From: Amoeboradix gromovi X-113
Taxonomy: Eukaryota > Fungi > Sanchytriomycota
DNA: 20,944 bases
Assembly: GCA_018985225.1 (NCBI GenBank)
Contig: JADGIF010000097.1
Span: forward strand, 1 to 20,944
Direction of reading: 5' to 3'
Below the pieces are notes generated by a model. It worked only from the letters and a program-made list of their open reading frames with translations. It did not search any database and had not been told where the DNA came from. Of this stretch, positions 1 through 9,909 are shown piece after piece. Numbering within the stretch: the first letter of the stretch is position 1; every line of letters begins with the position of its first letter. The position numbers and the translations under genes are program-made.

Positions 1-147
1 CTAAGATTTTGATGGATGAAAAGCATTTACACTAAAATAATTTACTTGAACCAGTCAGACTAATTTAATTTACTATCGGTTAAAACACTTGAAATAGTGA
101 TTCAAACTATTTCAGAAGGTTGGTCTAGTTTTTATATTTGATGTCCC
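1..147 (+). mobile_element. MITE copy M1 (right end only, runs off window)
   Basis: Ends GGTTGGTCTAGTTTTTATATTTGATGTCCC at 147. Bases 60-147 align by eye with 3347-3435 (right part of M2). Confidence 0.85.
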
Positions 148-217
148 AGACATAATATTTTCTTTGAGAATAAATAAAGCAAAAGATTGTACTATTAGCA
201 AGTAATTTAAGATGGAA

Positions 218-530
218 TTCAAGAACAAACTGGATGATTGCTGCATGGTAGACACTTTTCAATGCAATTGCAGCATGATGCAGTGACTGTCTTGGCTTGT
301 CAACTCCTGTAGAACTCCAGTACGTGGGACTCCGATGCGAACTAATTTGGAAGCACAAACTATTATTAGGAAGCAGATAGGGACGATATGACAGCAAAGA
401 ACACATAATTGTGGTATGTGCGCTGCCATTTAGATCAGGTTCTGGGCACTGAAGTGTAAAGAGCGACTGGATTTGTCAGTTTCTGCGCGAGAACACTTGA
501 TTTTTAGGAAACTAGGACTTCAACGAGACG
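218..530 (+). mobile_element. Decayed non-autonomous IS607/Fanzor2-derived element, copy F
   Basis: 376-408 reads DRDDMTAKNT* (cf. DRDNMAARN in copy A). 465-530 GACTGGATTTGTCAGTTTCTGCGCGAGAACACTTGATTTTTAGGAAACTAG..AACGAG aligns with 1941-2008. Left boundary is approximate. Confidence 0.7.
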
Positions 531-729
531 TCCACTTGCTAGTAGGTAATATGAAAAACTCTATGCTTAATAATAGCACTTGATGGTCTTGTTGGTTTTC
601 GAGGCATATATGCAAGTAGATTTGTTTTGTTAGATTCTCTTTCGAGCTTCCTCAGATTACCAATAGCAGACGAAAGTTAATTCTCAAACATCGATTTCAA
701 TACCTGCTTCATTCAATTAACACGCTCGG

Positions 730-1089
730 CTAATCGTAATACCTGTAGTAGTTGTTAGAACCAATAAATATAAAAGACATTGAAACGAAGTGTAATCCAA
801 ATAAAATGCAGAGTTTGGCAACATTCGACATGGGAATAACGGATGGAAAATCATCAATGGGAGACAAGATAAATAAAAATGTTATAATCAGCAGGGATGT
901 GCAACATAGAAATATCTTTGCGCAATTAATATATTTTGTTCTTTTTCGAAACAATCCAATAAATCCCAATAAGATTCCAAATGTCACAAAAACTAGATTC
1001 CAAACATTAAAGAATATTATTTGCGTAAACAGCAATAGAATGTAGCCCAGAAAAACCAAAGTTGTCGACACTTGAATAGATAAATTCAT
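730..1089 (-). CDS. Hypothetical small membrane protein (119 aa, about 4 hydrophobic segments)
   Basis: ATG-initiated ORF with four hydrophobic stretches and a basic loop (RKRTK). No family recognised. Confidence 0.5.
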   Translation of the reverse strand: MNLSIQVSTTLVFLGYILLLFTQIIFFNVWNLVFVTFGILLGFIGLFRKRTKYINCAKIFLCCTSLLIITFLFILSPIDDFPSVIPMSNVAKLCILFGLHFVSMSFIFIGSNNYYRYYD

Positions 1090-1121
1090 GAACTATGAGC
1101 AAGGGAGCAAATTTAATTTAT

Positions 1122-1470
1122 AATTTTATGAAACCAATCACCTCAAAAACACAAGGTTGGCTAGAGAAGCTGAAAATGCCAGTCAGGGTATTACACAAAT
1201 GATTGAATTCACGTGAGCATTGAGGCGGCATCGAGCATGGATGCATCAATACCAAGCACTTGTTCCTTACTGTCTTAGGATCGCTTTGTATTCCCAAAGT
1301 ACAGTTTGTGTATGTCTCCAAATTACCTTCAGAGTTCCTTACATGCTCCATTCAAACAGTAAATTCTTTTGTTACATTCACCAATGTCTTTCCACTTTTT
1401 CTGCACCGGATCTCTATATTTAGACCAGTTTCAATTTTATAAATATAAGAGTATTCTCTGTATCGCTTAG
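1122..1470 (-). mobile_element. Decayed IS607/Fanzor2-derived element, copy E
   Basis: Translation NLETYTNC..SDPKTVRNKCLVLM matches copy A (NLETYTC..DRDNMAARN) and copy D (AARNKCLVLM). CATCAATACCAAGCACTTGTTCCT is the exact reverse complement of 1858-1881. Boundaries are approximate. Confidence 0.7.
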
Positions 1471-1824
1471 TGATTTAACTAAATTTTGAATGTTCTGCTT
1501 AGAAGAATAGCAGCCATTTGTCTAGATAGGAAGAACTGAATATCAACTTTTTACTAGCTGAGAAATTGTAGAAAAAAACTGTTGGAGCTTTAAATTTTGG
1601 GCTATCGAAATAGTGTTTATATTAAATTAAACAGAGACCTGTGCAGCACCAATAAAAAAACTGTGAATCCCTCATAATACTTGAACATCATAGTAGATAT
1701 CAATTTGAGTTGAACATAACATTTACTGTAATAAAACAACCTGTGCCACTCCAATATTCTCTCTTTCTAATTTTTCCAACTACATAAAAACTCGTCGATG
1801 TTGTTTATCATCAGTTAAATGGTC

Positions 1825-2008
1825 ATTTGGAAGCTAGAAAGAGATCATAAGGCAGCGAGGAACAAGTGCTTGGTATTGATGGATCTATGCTCAGTGCCAC
1901 CTCAGGGTAGTCGAGGTTTGAGCAAGCACCTTAACGGAATGACCGGCTTTGTCAGTTTCTCTGCGAAAATTCTTGATTTTTTAGAAAAACTAGTGTTTTA
2001 ATGAGGAG
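1825..2008 (+). mobile_element. Decayed IS607/Fanzor2-derived element, copy D (right-end portion clearly recognisable)
   Basis: Reads ERDHKAARNK (RuvC-III-like), then CAGGGTAG and ..TTTTAATGAGGAG. Its reverse complement aligns with 18329-18495. Confidence 0.75.
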
Positions 2009-2027
2009 GGATTAAGGAACAAACAAA

Positions 2028-2894
2028 ATGATTCTTTGTACTCTGTCTGCAAATGATCAATTATTTGTTTCTGTATGTAACCAAGTGTACGAACTGGATA
2101 CCAATTATAGAGTAATTAAAAAGCTCGAATATGATAGCATTGTGCGTCATTTGGCATGGTTGAATGGGCTGATAGTGAGCTTAGATAATAAGCACTGTAA
2201 CGGGGTAATTTTAAACAAAAGAACTACTTGTCTAACTACTAACGATGATTCTCTGATAATATCGGACAAATCAGGGGATGTGTACGAATTTAATTCTGAT
2301 GGATTAAATCTTCTTCTTGGACATGTTAGCATAACGACTCAAGTACTTGTGCATGGTAATCGAATTTATACGTGTGATAGAGATCGTAAAATAAGAGTTT
2401 CTCATTACCCAAATGCGTACAATATTGATTATTATTGTCTCGGCCATTTAGATTATGTTACTTGTATAGACTTCATAGATGATTTTCTGATTAGTGGAGG
2501 ATCCGAGAGTATGCTCTATATTTGGCAAAATGAAGATCTGATTTCTAAAATTGAAATCCCGCACGGAAATATCCGCAAAATGCTAAAACATCAACGCATG
2601 TTATATTTATTGATTGAAGACAAGAAAATGGTAATAAGGGTTGATTTTGATCGTAGGGCATGTAAGATTATCAATGTTAGTGGGTATCCACTAGACTGCT
2701 GCGTATTTAATTCAAGTATAATAGTAAGTGTGCAGTCCACTTTAATGCTTCACAGTATTAATATTGATACTTTGGAAGTACTCGATATAGATTGTGGATT
2801 TGCAGAGTACAAAATCGAAGAATATCCAAAAGATTTGATTAAACCATCAATCGATTATGTTAACAAGGTGTTGTTAAATGATAAAATACAATAA
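2028..2894 (+). CDS. TRM82: tRNA (guanine-N7)-methyltransferase non-catalytic WD40 subunit (Trm82/WDR4)
   Basis: Family motifs SDKSGDVY, LLLGHVS, TCDRDRKIRVSHYP, YCLGH..YV and LISGG. 288 aa, intact. Confidence 0.92.
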   Translation: MILCTLSANDQLFVSVCNQVYELDTNYRVIKKLEYDSIVRHLAWLNGLIVSLDNKHCNGVILNKRTTCLTTNDDSLIISDKSGDVYEFNSDGLNLLLGHVSITTQVLVHGNRIYTCDRDRKIRVSHYPNAYNIDYYCLGHLDYVTCIDFIDDFLISGGSESMLYIWQNEDLISKIEIPHGNIRKMLKHQRMLYLLIEDKKMVIRVDFDRRACKIINVSGYPLDCCVFNSSIIVSVQSTLMLHSINIDTLEVLDIDCGFAEYKIEEYPKDLIKPSIDYVNKVLLNDKIQ

Positions 2895-3142
2895 ATGTAA
2901 TTGAATTTTTGTTTTGAAACCCAACTGGAACACCCTCTACATAACCGTCCTATCTAGTTTTACGGAGGCGACTCCTGTTTTCGCTCTAACAAGCTAGGCG
3001 AAATATATATACCACTGGCAATTGGGAGGAAGGGTTTATGATTTGTAGACCAACACCAAATGACTTGAAAATTTGATTTTCATTTTATCATAGCTTTGAA
3101 ATTTGCTGGGCTGCTGTGACTCATTTCCATAAAATAGTAAAT

Positions 3143-3435
3143 GGGACACAAATATAAAAACTAGACTAACTCGTTTTTAAAGCAGGTGCTCCATATTGTG
3201 GAAATCATTAATAAAAGATCTTCTATTATACCAATTTTCTTTCATTGATTGTATTCCTCTTTTCAAAATAAAAGTAGAACACCCTGCATCTCGTTCAAAT
3301 ATATGAGGTCTTTGAGCATCTAAGCAAAAGATGTAACCAATAAGATTAATTTAATTTAGTACTGGTTAGTACACATCTGAAATAATGACTCAAACTACTT
3401 CAGAAAGTTAGTCTAGTCTTTATATTTGATGTCCC
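3143..3435 (+). mobile_element. MITE copy M2 (293 bp, apparently chimeric)
   Basis: Left TIR GGGACACAAATATAAAAACTAGACTAACT; right TIR AGTTAGTCTAGTCTTTATATTTGATGTCCC. The left ~185 bp match M4/M5 and the right part matches M1. Flanks AAAT / ATTT. Confidence 0.9.
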
Positions 3436-3473
3436 ATTTGGTGATTGTTTTATCTTATTTAAATAAATATTTA

Positions 3474-3718
3474 TTAGTCTAGTTTTTATATTTTATGTTC
3501 CTTATTAAAATTGCCTTAATAAAAATAAGTTATGGTCGCTAGTTCTTGATCTTGGTTATTAATTTTTTTGAATGGTCATATCTAGAGCATCTGATTGGGT
3601 AAAAATATGAAATATTCCTAGTCTAATTTTCATAGTGCAATTGTCTTTAAAAACTTTAAACGCCAACAACTATTTACCCGCTTTTTACCCCTATACTCGT
3701 TTTCATAGAGTGTGCCCC
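3474..3718 (+). repeat. Orphan/degenerate TIR-like motifs
   Basis: 3474-3501 TTAGTCTAGTTTTTATATTTTATGTTCC resembles the MITE right TIR. 3696-3718 CTCGTTTTCATAGAGTGTGCCCC resembles 10147-10169. Confidence 0.55.
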
Positions 3719-3956
3719 ATAGCTTACTTTTTTCAAAATGGCTAGGCGTAGTGACCGCTGAACCTTCATTGAATGGTCTGGTATGACTGTCTTCCGTTTT
3801 TTTCCTTTCCATGCAATAGCTACAGAATAAAAGCATAAAGTTTACCAGAATTTTGCTAAGCCAATGAAAAATTATCTTGGTCAAACACAAAATGTTTGAC
3901 CCAAATGTGAAATTACCTGGAAGCTATAATACTAATCTTAATAACTTTATTCATGG

Positions 3957-4163
3957 CTAAATTTGCCTCTCGAGAGCTTTCAAAAGTTTGAACTCGTAAC
4001 TGCATTTAGAGTTTACACAAAATCTAATTTGATCTTTAGTTAGAAACCCATTTTTGTACAATGTGAAACAATCCTTTTTCGAAACATGTCCAGAAATGTA
4101 TTCTGGGACCTTGACGATACAAATTGAGTCTGCAAAAGAGAGAGCGAGGAAAAGAAAATTCAT
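3957..4163 (-). CDS. Putative small secreted protein (68 aa, 4 Cys)
   Basis: The first ATG (4163) gives MNFLFLALSFA|DSICIV..., a short signal-peptide-like N-terminus followed by four Cys. No homolog recognised. Confidence 0.45.
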   Translation of the reverse strand: MNFLFLALSFADSICIVKVPEYISGHVSKKDCFTLYKNGFLTKDQIRFCVNSKCSYEFKLLKALERQI

Positions 4164-4379
4164 TAAGCAAAAGTCTAGGCAGAGTCTAATTATTTCTTTA
4201 GCCAAGATGATTGGATAACATCCAATACACCAAGATCAATACTTTTAGAGAAGCAATACGCTACTGAATTATGGAATCCATTTATCTATGGTAATTGTAA
4301 GATAACAAGCCTTATTGCTTTGGTTTATTTGTCCAAAATTGGGGAGACTGGTAATAAATGTCTTGATTGTTATACATTT

Positions 4380-4830
4380 GGGACATCAAATATAAAAACT
4401 GGACTAACTTTTTGTAGCAACTTGGAACATTATTTTAGCTTTATTAATTTTATGGATTTAGGAGGCGAGTGGATATTCAGCTAGTTGACGAGTATAAAAG
4501 GAAAATAAATATTCTGTACAGCTATTCTCTTACTCTTTCATCCAATCTTTATTTCAAATAAAATATCACTATTACTCTGTAAAAACTAGAATAGATAAGA
4601 GTAATGGTGTTAGTATAACATTACAAAATGACTCTAGATAAGAGTACCGTCTAAGAAGATGCACCTTTTGCTTAGATGCTCAAAGACCTCATATCTAGTT
4701 TTATTTTGAAAAGAGGAATGGAATTAATGAAAGAAATATGGTACAATAGAAGAAGATCTTTTATTAATGATTTCCTCCGTATGGTGCACATTTAAAAGCG
4801 AGTTAGTCTAGCTTTTATATTTGATGTCCC
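4380..4830 (-). mobile_element. MITE copy M3 (451 bp, opposite orientation to M2/M4/M5)
   Basis: GGGACATCAAATATAAAAACTGGACTAACT ... AGTTAGTCTAGCTTTTATATTTGATGTCCC. The interior is the reverse complement of 12588-13104 with small deletions. Flanks ATTT / AGAT. Confidence 0.93.
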
Positions 4831-5021
4831 AGATGATACGCAATCAAATTGTATTCATTTTGATGATACAGACTTTTAAAAATTATGAAAACTCTATATT
4901 TATCAATATCTTGAATATAAAAAGAATTAAAAAACCAATCGCTGCTATTTAATTACTTAATCATGAGGAATGAGTCGCTGGCCTAAATATCTAAAAAAAC
5001 GTTCAAATTCTTTAATATGCT

Positions 5022-6749
5022 TTACACAGATTTGATCGCCCATGTCTTTATCGGGTATTGGAGGTTGAAGACTTCTGCCGCTACAGACATCTTTTCCATT
5101 TTTACAAATTCACCTTCTATAATTCTCCATTTTTTTCGTTTTCGTATTTTAGTTTGGTCGTTTAGACGATAGCATTTAACTGTATCGGTCCATTCTTTTC
5201 CGGTAACTTTTTCATAATTCTTATCATGTATGTAACTTGATTTAACCGCAAACGAAGCAACTACATAGTAGTACCCACTATTAGACCTTTGTAAACCCCA
5301 TGTTTTTGCATCATCGAAGTCCCTTTGGAAATATATAGCACTTTCATTAGAATGAAAATCCCCGCCTAAGCTAGTTTCTATAGTCCAAGTGCAGCTAGAG
5401 ATCCAGAGTAACCACGCTCGATTCCCGCTTCCATGAAAAACAATCTCCTCATCATCATTTAAAGCAAATTGAGTTTCAAAGTCAACAAGGCTGTTTTGAT
5501 TTGAATTTACAAAAAAAGGAAGATCTCCATTACAGCACTCGTCATGTATTTTATGATACAGTCCATCACTTGATGAACTAACAGAGTCTGAAATTTCTTC
5601 ATTAACATCAGATTCTTTAATTCCCATTACGAACCCGTTGAATACAAACATGAATGCATCAAGAATTGATAGATTTTCCCATAATTTATACTTGACATTA
5701 ACAGCTTCAAAAAATGGCCCATCACTAATGAGAGAACTGAAAGTTTCAAAGGTATTTGTCTTGATTAAAATATCAATGACAAATTCATATACAACTTCTA
5801 CTGGTAATAGAGTACTGTTTAAATTATAAGAACTCTTCCAATTATCAAATACATTTTTAGAAATATTCATGTCAGTTAACAATTCATCTAAACTTGAATT
5901 GCTAGTCCATTCAAGTTTCAAATACTTCGTTTCTATATTTGGTATAAATCTTTTTCTTAAGTCACCTAAAGTGCTGTATAATTTTACAAATTTGTTATTA
6001 CAACTTATACATTGGGCATTAATGTGATTAATTGATTTAATTTCTGATTCTAATAAAAAATGGTTGCAGGACTTGCAATATCCAGCAAAACCTTTAGAAA
6101 CAGCTTCAATCTCAGTCAAAAATTGTGAACCTCTAGCACTGGGACGTATATATTTCATGTCTTCGTCCTTTGGAATAAATGAAGAATACCATCTATCATT
6201 CATATGTATAACAAACATTTGAAAAGTTATTACATCATCAAAACAAAGCCCTTTGATATCCAGTAATTGAGTACGCAAAAATTCAGTATTCATACCCAAC
6301 TCATTTAATTGTGCTTCAATTATGTTCCAGTCTGTTGCAAAGTTCCATTGTTTTAATGCGTATTGAACTTCCAACACTACACCATTTGGCTTTGAAAGGG
6401 GTATCTGAGAGAATGGTATTGATAAGATGTATAATATCATAGATGTTTCATGGGAAAGTGAATTATGATTATATACAATTTGTGGTTGTAAAACATTAGT
6501 CAAATCACCCAAAGATAACACACCGGCTCTGCCATTAATTAACCCCTTAATGTCACTTGTTGATGCTTTATTATTTTGCATAAAAGACACAATAGAACGT
6601 GCAGCCTTCGTGGATGACTGAATCAAATTTGCGTTACTATTTATTTTCATTTCATTTGCAGTGACACGCTGTATGTTCCAGGACAAATCTTCATCCAAAT
6701 CTTCATCATTAGATTTAAAATGAATTGGAGTAAAATAAAATTTCTCCAT
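5022..6749 (-). CDS. 575-aa protein with central CxxC..CxxC zinc ribbon and C-terminal DUF3990-like (ADP-ribosyltransferase-fold) domain
   Basis: Long intact ORF. CKSC..CISC in the middle. C-terminal VFHGS..GDF..AIYF..D..DAKTWG..VASFAV..EW..TV..YR..IIEG pattern resembles DUF3990 (recognised from memory, not searched). Confidence 0.7.
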   Translation of the reverse strand: MEKFYFTPIHFKSNDEDLDEDLSWNIQRVTANEMKINSNANLIQSSTKAARSIVSFMQNNKASTSDIKGLINGRAGVLSLGDLTNVLQPQIVYNHNSLSHETSMILYILSIPFSQIPLSKPNGVVLEVQYALKQWNFATDWNIIEAQLNELGMNTEFLRTQLLDIKGLCFDDVITFQMFVIHMNDRWYSSFIPKDEDMKYIRPSARGSQFLTEIEAVSKGFAGYCKSCNHFLLESEIKSINHINAQCISCNNKFVKLYSTLGDLRKRFIPNIETKYLKLEWTSNSSLDELLTDMNISKNVFDNWKSSYNLNSTLLPVEVVYEFVIDILIKTNTFETFSSLISDGPFFEAVNVKYKLWENLSILDAFMFVFNGFVMGIKESDVNEEISDSVSSSSDGLYHKIHDECCNGDLPFFVNSNQNSLVDFETQFALNDDEEIVFHGSGNRAWLLWISSCTWTIETSLGGDFHSNESAIYFQRDFDDAKTWGLQRSNSGYYYVVASFAVKSSYIHDKNYEKVTGKEWTDTVKCYRLNDQTKIRKRKKWRIIEGEFVKMEKMSVAAEVFNLQYPIKTWAIKSV

Positions 6750-7023
6750 CGAAAAAATCTCACCGTTTAGAAAATAAATGATCTTCGTAAGTTATATTAA
6801 ATCTTTTAATTAATGATTCTTTCTTCTCCATCTCTCTTTTGATTAAAATTGAATTTAAAATTTTAATATCATACATCTCGTCTTCAAATTCTTCGTGGGA
6901 TGCATTGCTTATATTATAAATAATCCTTTAAGATGATTAGGGGAAGGAAACAAGCATTATTATTGGACATTGGAAGTAATGAATCTGGTTGTGACTTGAG
7001 TAAATTATAATTTCAAATCTTAT

Positions 7024-7184
7024 AAAGTTAGTCTAGTCTTTATATTTGATTAACAATTTTAAAGTGATATAATTGATAGAAATAGTTGGTCTAGTTTTTA
7101 CATTCGATTTACAGTATTATCTTCAAATCAAGATATCTCGGAATGCCTTTTTAAAAGTTACTCTATTTTTCACATTTGGTGTCC
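7024..7184 (+). repeat. Three degenerate right-TIR-like fragments of the MITE/Sola family
   Basis: 7024-7050 AAAGTTAGTCTAGTCTTTATATTTGAT; 7084-7108 AGTTGGTCTAGTTTTTACATTCGAT; 7155-7184 AAGTTACTCTATTTTTCACATTTGGTGTCC. Confidence 0.65.
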
Positions 7185-7228
7185 TATATTTTTCATTATG
7201 ATTAAAATGTAAAATATTTATTGACTAT

Positions 7229-8923
7229 TCAATATTCCATTTCTCCAGGTATATAGCGTAGCGCTTTTCCAAGATCCTTTTTCTTTCTATCAGTTAGTTC
7301 AGGACAAGGTAGTGTATCTGGTTGAAAACTATACCTGGAACAAACAATTTCTTCTTCACTATTAAAACTCAACTCATCTTGCGTAATTAAAAGATCCAAA
7401 GTTTTTGCTTCACCATCAGATTGATCAACAAAATTCTTCACCATGACTTGACCTGGTGCATTTGATCGAAAGAAAAAGGCATGGTACTGTGCAATGCCTA
7501 AAATATCTTTGAAAAAAATTATCTAGTTTGCTACGATAATCTTTAAATCGTCTACTCGGAAAGATGATACATTCATTCACTGTAGAAGAGTCTGAAATAA
7601 TTTCCTTGATCTGTTCAATGCCAAAAACATTTTGAGCGGCATATTTTTTCTTATTATGACCAAAGCAACTATCAGGTAGAAACTTTGTATGGCCTTTGAT
7701 CATAAATTTCAAAGTAATTGTCTCACAGACATTCGTCAAACAAAGCCAACATAAAAGCTTTACAATTGTATTGTTCTTATTTTGGCCAGCACAATTATCT
7801 GCAAATAAGATTAGATGTTTTATTTCTGATTTGGGAAGCCTGTGTATATAATCTACCAACATGCTTGCTACGTTATTACTTCCTTTCTTGCCTTGATCTT
7901 CTCTGTAAATATAATTGAGCTGTCTACTACGTGTCTCGTTGTGAATGCCAAATAAAGAGACGTTGAGAAGTGAAAGAAAATAGAGTTCTAAAGGTTGATC
8001 CTGAAAACATGGTAGAACAAGATTCTGACTAAAATCAAAGGAAAGATGTGTAACGCCTGAAAGTGACTTGCTTTGATTGTAATCTAATTGTGCCATTTTA
8101 GCTTGAAGTAAATAGTCTTGAAATGCTCTACTGAGTTGTGATAATATAGATTCTGTTTCTGTGTTTGCGATGCTTGTTTTAAACTCTGTACAAGTATCAC
8201 ACATATCTGATCTTGGTGATCGAATTCCAATCATTTCACAGTCATGGAACTGACGCCTAAATGTTTCAAAACTTACTTGAATAGCATGCTCATCAGCCAA
8301 GTACATGCTATGTATTCTAGTAATAGAAAAGTCTGAAGGAAGCCATAGAAATGTTACATCTCTGAGGCGTATACTTTGTCTATAATGATAATGCCTGCCT
8401 GATTTTGGCTCGCCGTGTTGTTCTGCAAATTCCAAAATCCATTCCTTGATACAAGCTTTCTCTTGACTACTTAGTGCATGTCGAAATAAAACACCTTATT
8501 TCCATGCGTACGAGATGTAAAATGGTCCAAGTCATTTATAATATTTTGAAATTGCTGTCGACTTATAGTTAGTAACAAGGCCGTGGCATCTCTACATAGT
8601 TTACCAAATGGAAAAATATTATATTTAAATTTTTTTCGCTTATCAGGTGTTGTTACCAATCCTTGACAGCTAGTCAAATACCTTTAATAATTTCTTTTGC
8701 TTCTCATAAAATGTTTCTAGTAAATTTGATGGTGCTAATTGTAAACATTTCAAGTGACAACAGTTTAACGTCTGACATTTTATTAGCCATTTTCTTTCTC
8801 AGCGAGTGGACATTCTTGAGGATCTTCTTGTTCTTGAATTTGATCTGAATTGGTATCAAGTGCTGATGTTGATGCCGAAAATATAAAAGTTAAATCTTGT
8901 GAATGGAATGGATTTTGCGACAT
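7229..8923 (-). pseudogene. Sola1-type DDD DNA transposase, frameshifted
   Basis: Motifs CRDA..LL.IS, HGNK(G), PRSDMCDTC, SFDFSQNL.LP, KKGSNNVAS, FADNCAGQNKN and KGHTKFLPDSCFG. Fragments 8783-8923, 8471-8677, 7425-8435 and 7229-7444 are joined by frameshifts near 8495 and 7515, with further lesions at 8680-8850. Confidence 0.85.
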
Positions 8924-9120
8924 GCAAAAAAAGGCATTGTTGCTATTTAACTGCAATTTATTCACTTGTACCAATAACAGTACGCTAGTAAATGAAGTAT
9001 TAATCCAATGCGATAACAAGTATTCTTTATAATTTTATATGGTAAGGACGACCAATCACCTCATTGTTTTTTGAAAATACAATGTATTTAATCAATCATA
9101 CTTTGTAATTAAGGTTTTAC

Positions 9121-9202
9121 AACTTTGATCAAATCAACTTGAAGGAATAATTTTATAAAAGAACTTTGATCAAATCAACTTGAAGGAATAATTTTATAAA
9201 AG
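9121..9202. repeat. Perfect 41-bp tandem duplication
   Basis: AACTTTGATCAAATCAACTTGAAGGAATAATTTTATAAAAG at 9121-9161 and 9162-9202. Confidence 0.97.
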
Positions 9203-9205
9203 AAA

Positions 9206-9691
9206 ATGGATTATTATGAAGAAGACACGGATATGTCAACAGCGCATCGAAATCCTAGTGCTGAAGGTTGGGTACTGTTAGCAAATTGTAATCGGAGTAA
9301 TCCTAACTCAATTGGTTCGTTTATGTTTCGATTTTGGCATTGGGAAATTGGAAGACCAAATCATCCGAACATTTATGAATATCATCGTCTTGCAAATATT
9401 TATTTACCAACAACAACTGTTACTCCAGAAATGGGCCAAGATGGTGTTTTAAATATAACATGCCGAATTCACGGCGCTAACGAAAATGAAAAGCTATAAC
9501 ATCTTGAAAATTGGCTTACTGATAATTTTCTAGCACCACTTATTCCTGGTTTGAGACAAATTTTATTTGATAGATTTAACGTGAATAACATATTGCCTAT
9601 TACAGAATTTGGAGGATTACTTATTGGGTTTGTTGCATCGCATGCCCATGTCCAAAATCAGAAATATATTAGTACGATATTTAGACAATAA
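9206..9691 (+). pseudogene. Hypothetical ~161-codon gene with one in-frame TAA (9497-9499)
   Basis: After the stop of the 97-aa ORF, the same frame stays open for 63 more codons (HLENWLTDNFLAPLIPGLRQILFDRF...STIFRQ*). Confidence 0.55.
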
Positions 9692-9909
9692 ATATTTAGT
9701 GAATTTTTAATATTTGGTTTTATTTTTTTCCTTCAAAGTTGCATAATATGATAAAGAATAGTAGTATCAATTTGAAATTATATTTTTTAGAAAGATAATC
9801 TTTTGAAGAGTCAAAAAATATTAATTTTGTAATTATTTATAAATTGTGAGTATGTCACATCTAATATCTTTAACTGATTCCTGGTAGATAAAATTCGATA
9901 AATAATATA

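Noticed and set aside
1118-2001. ORFs 1118-1351 and 1819-2001 look like a paralogous small-protein pair or a long inverted repeat
   Set aside because: The similarity is explained by two oppositely oriented copies of the IS607-derived element.
2930-3000. Another IS607-relic copy (TTACGGAGGCGACTCCTGTT vs 20601 TTACGGCGGCTACTCATGCT)
   Set aside because: Only a 20-nt patch with 16 matches; the flanks are not alignable by eye.
3630-3890. 86-aa ORF
   Set aside because: Overlaps degenerate TIR-like motifs and has no recognisable features.
9121-9202. CRISPR-like repeat
   Set aside because: Two directly abutting copies, no spacer, eukaryotic context.
9497-9499. TAA-to-Gln genetic code reassignment
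   Set aside because: Conserved genes terminate at TAA at the expected positions, and the long CDSs contain no internal TAA/TAG.
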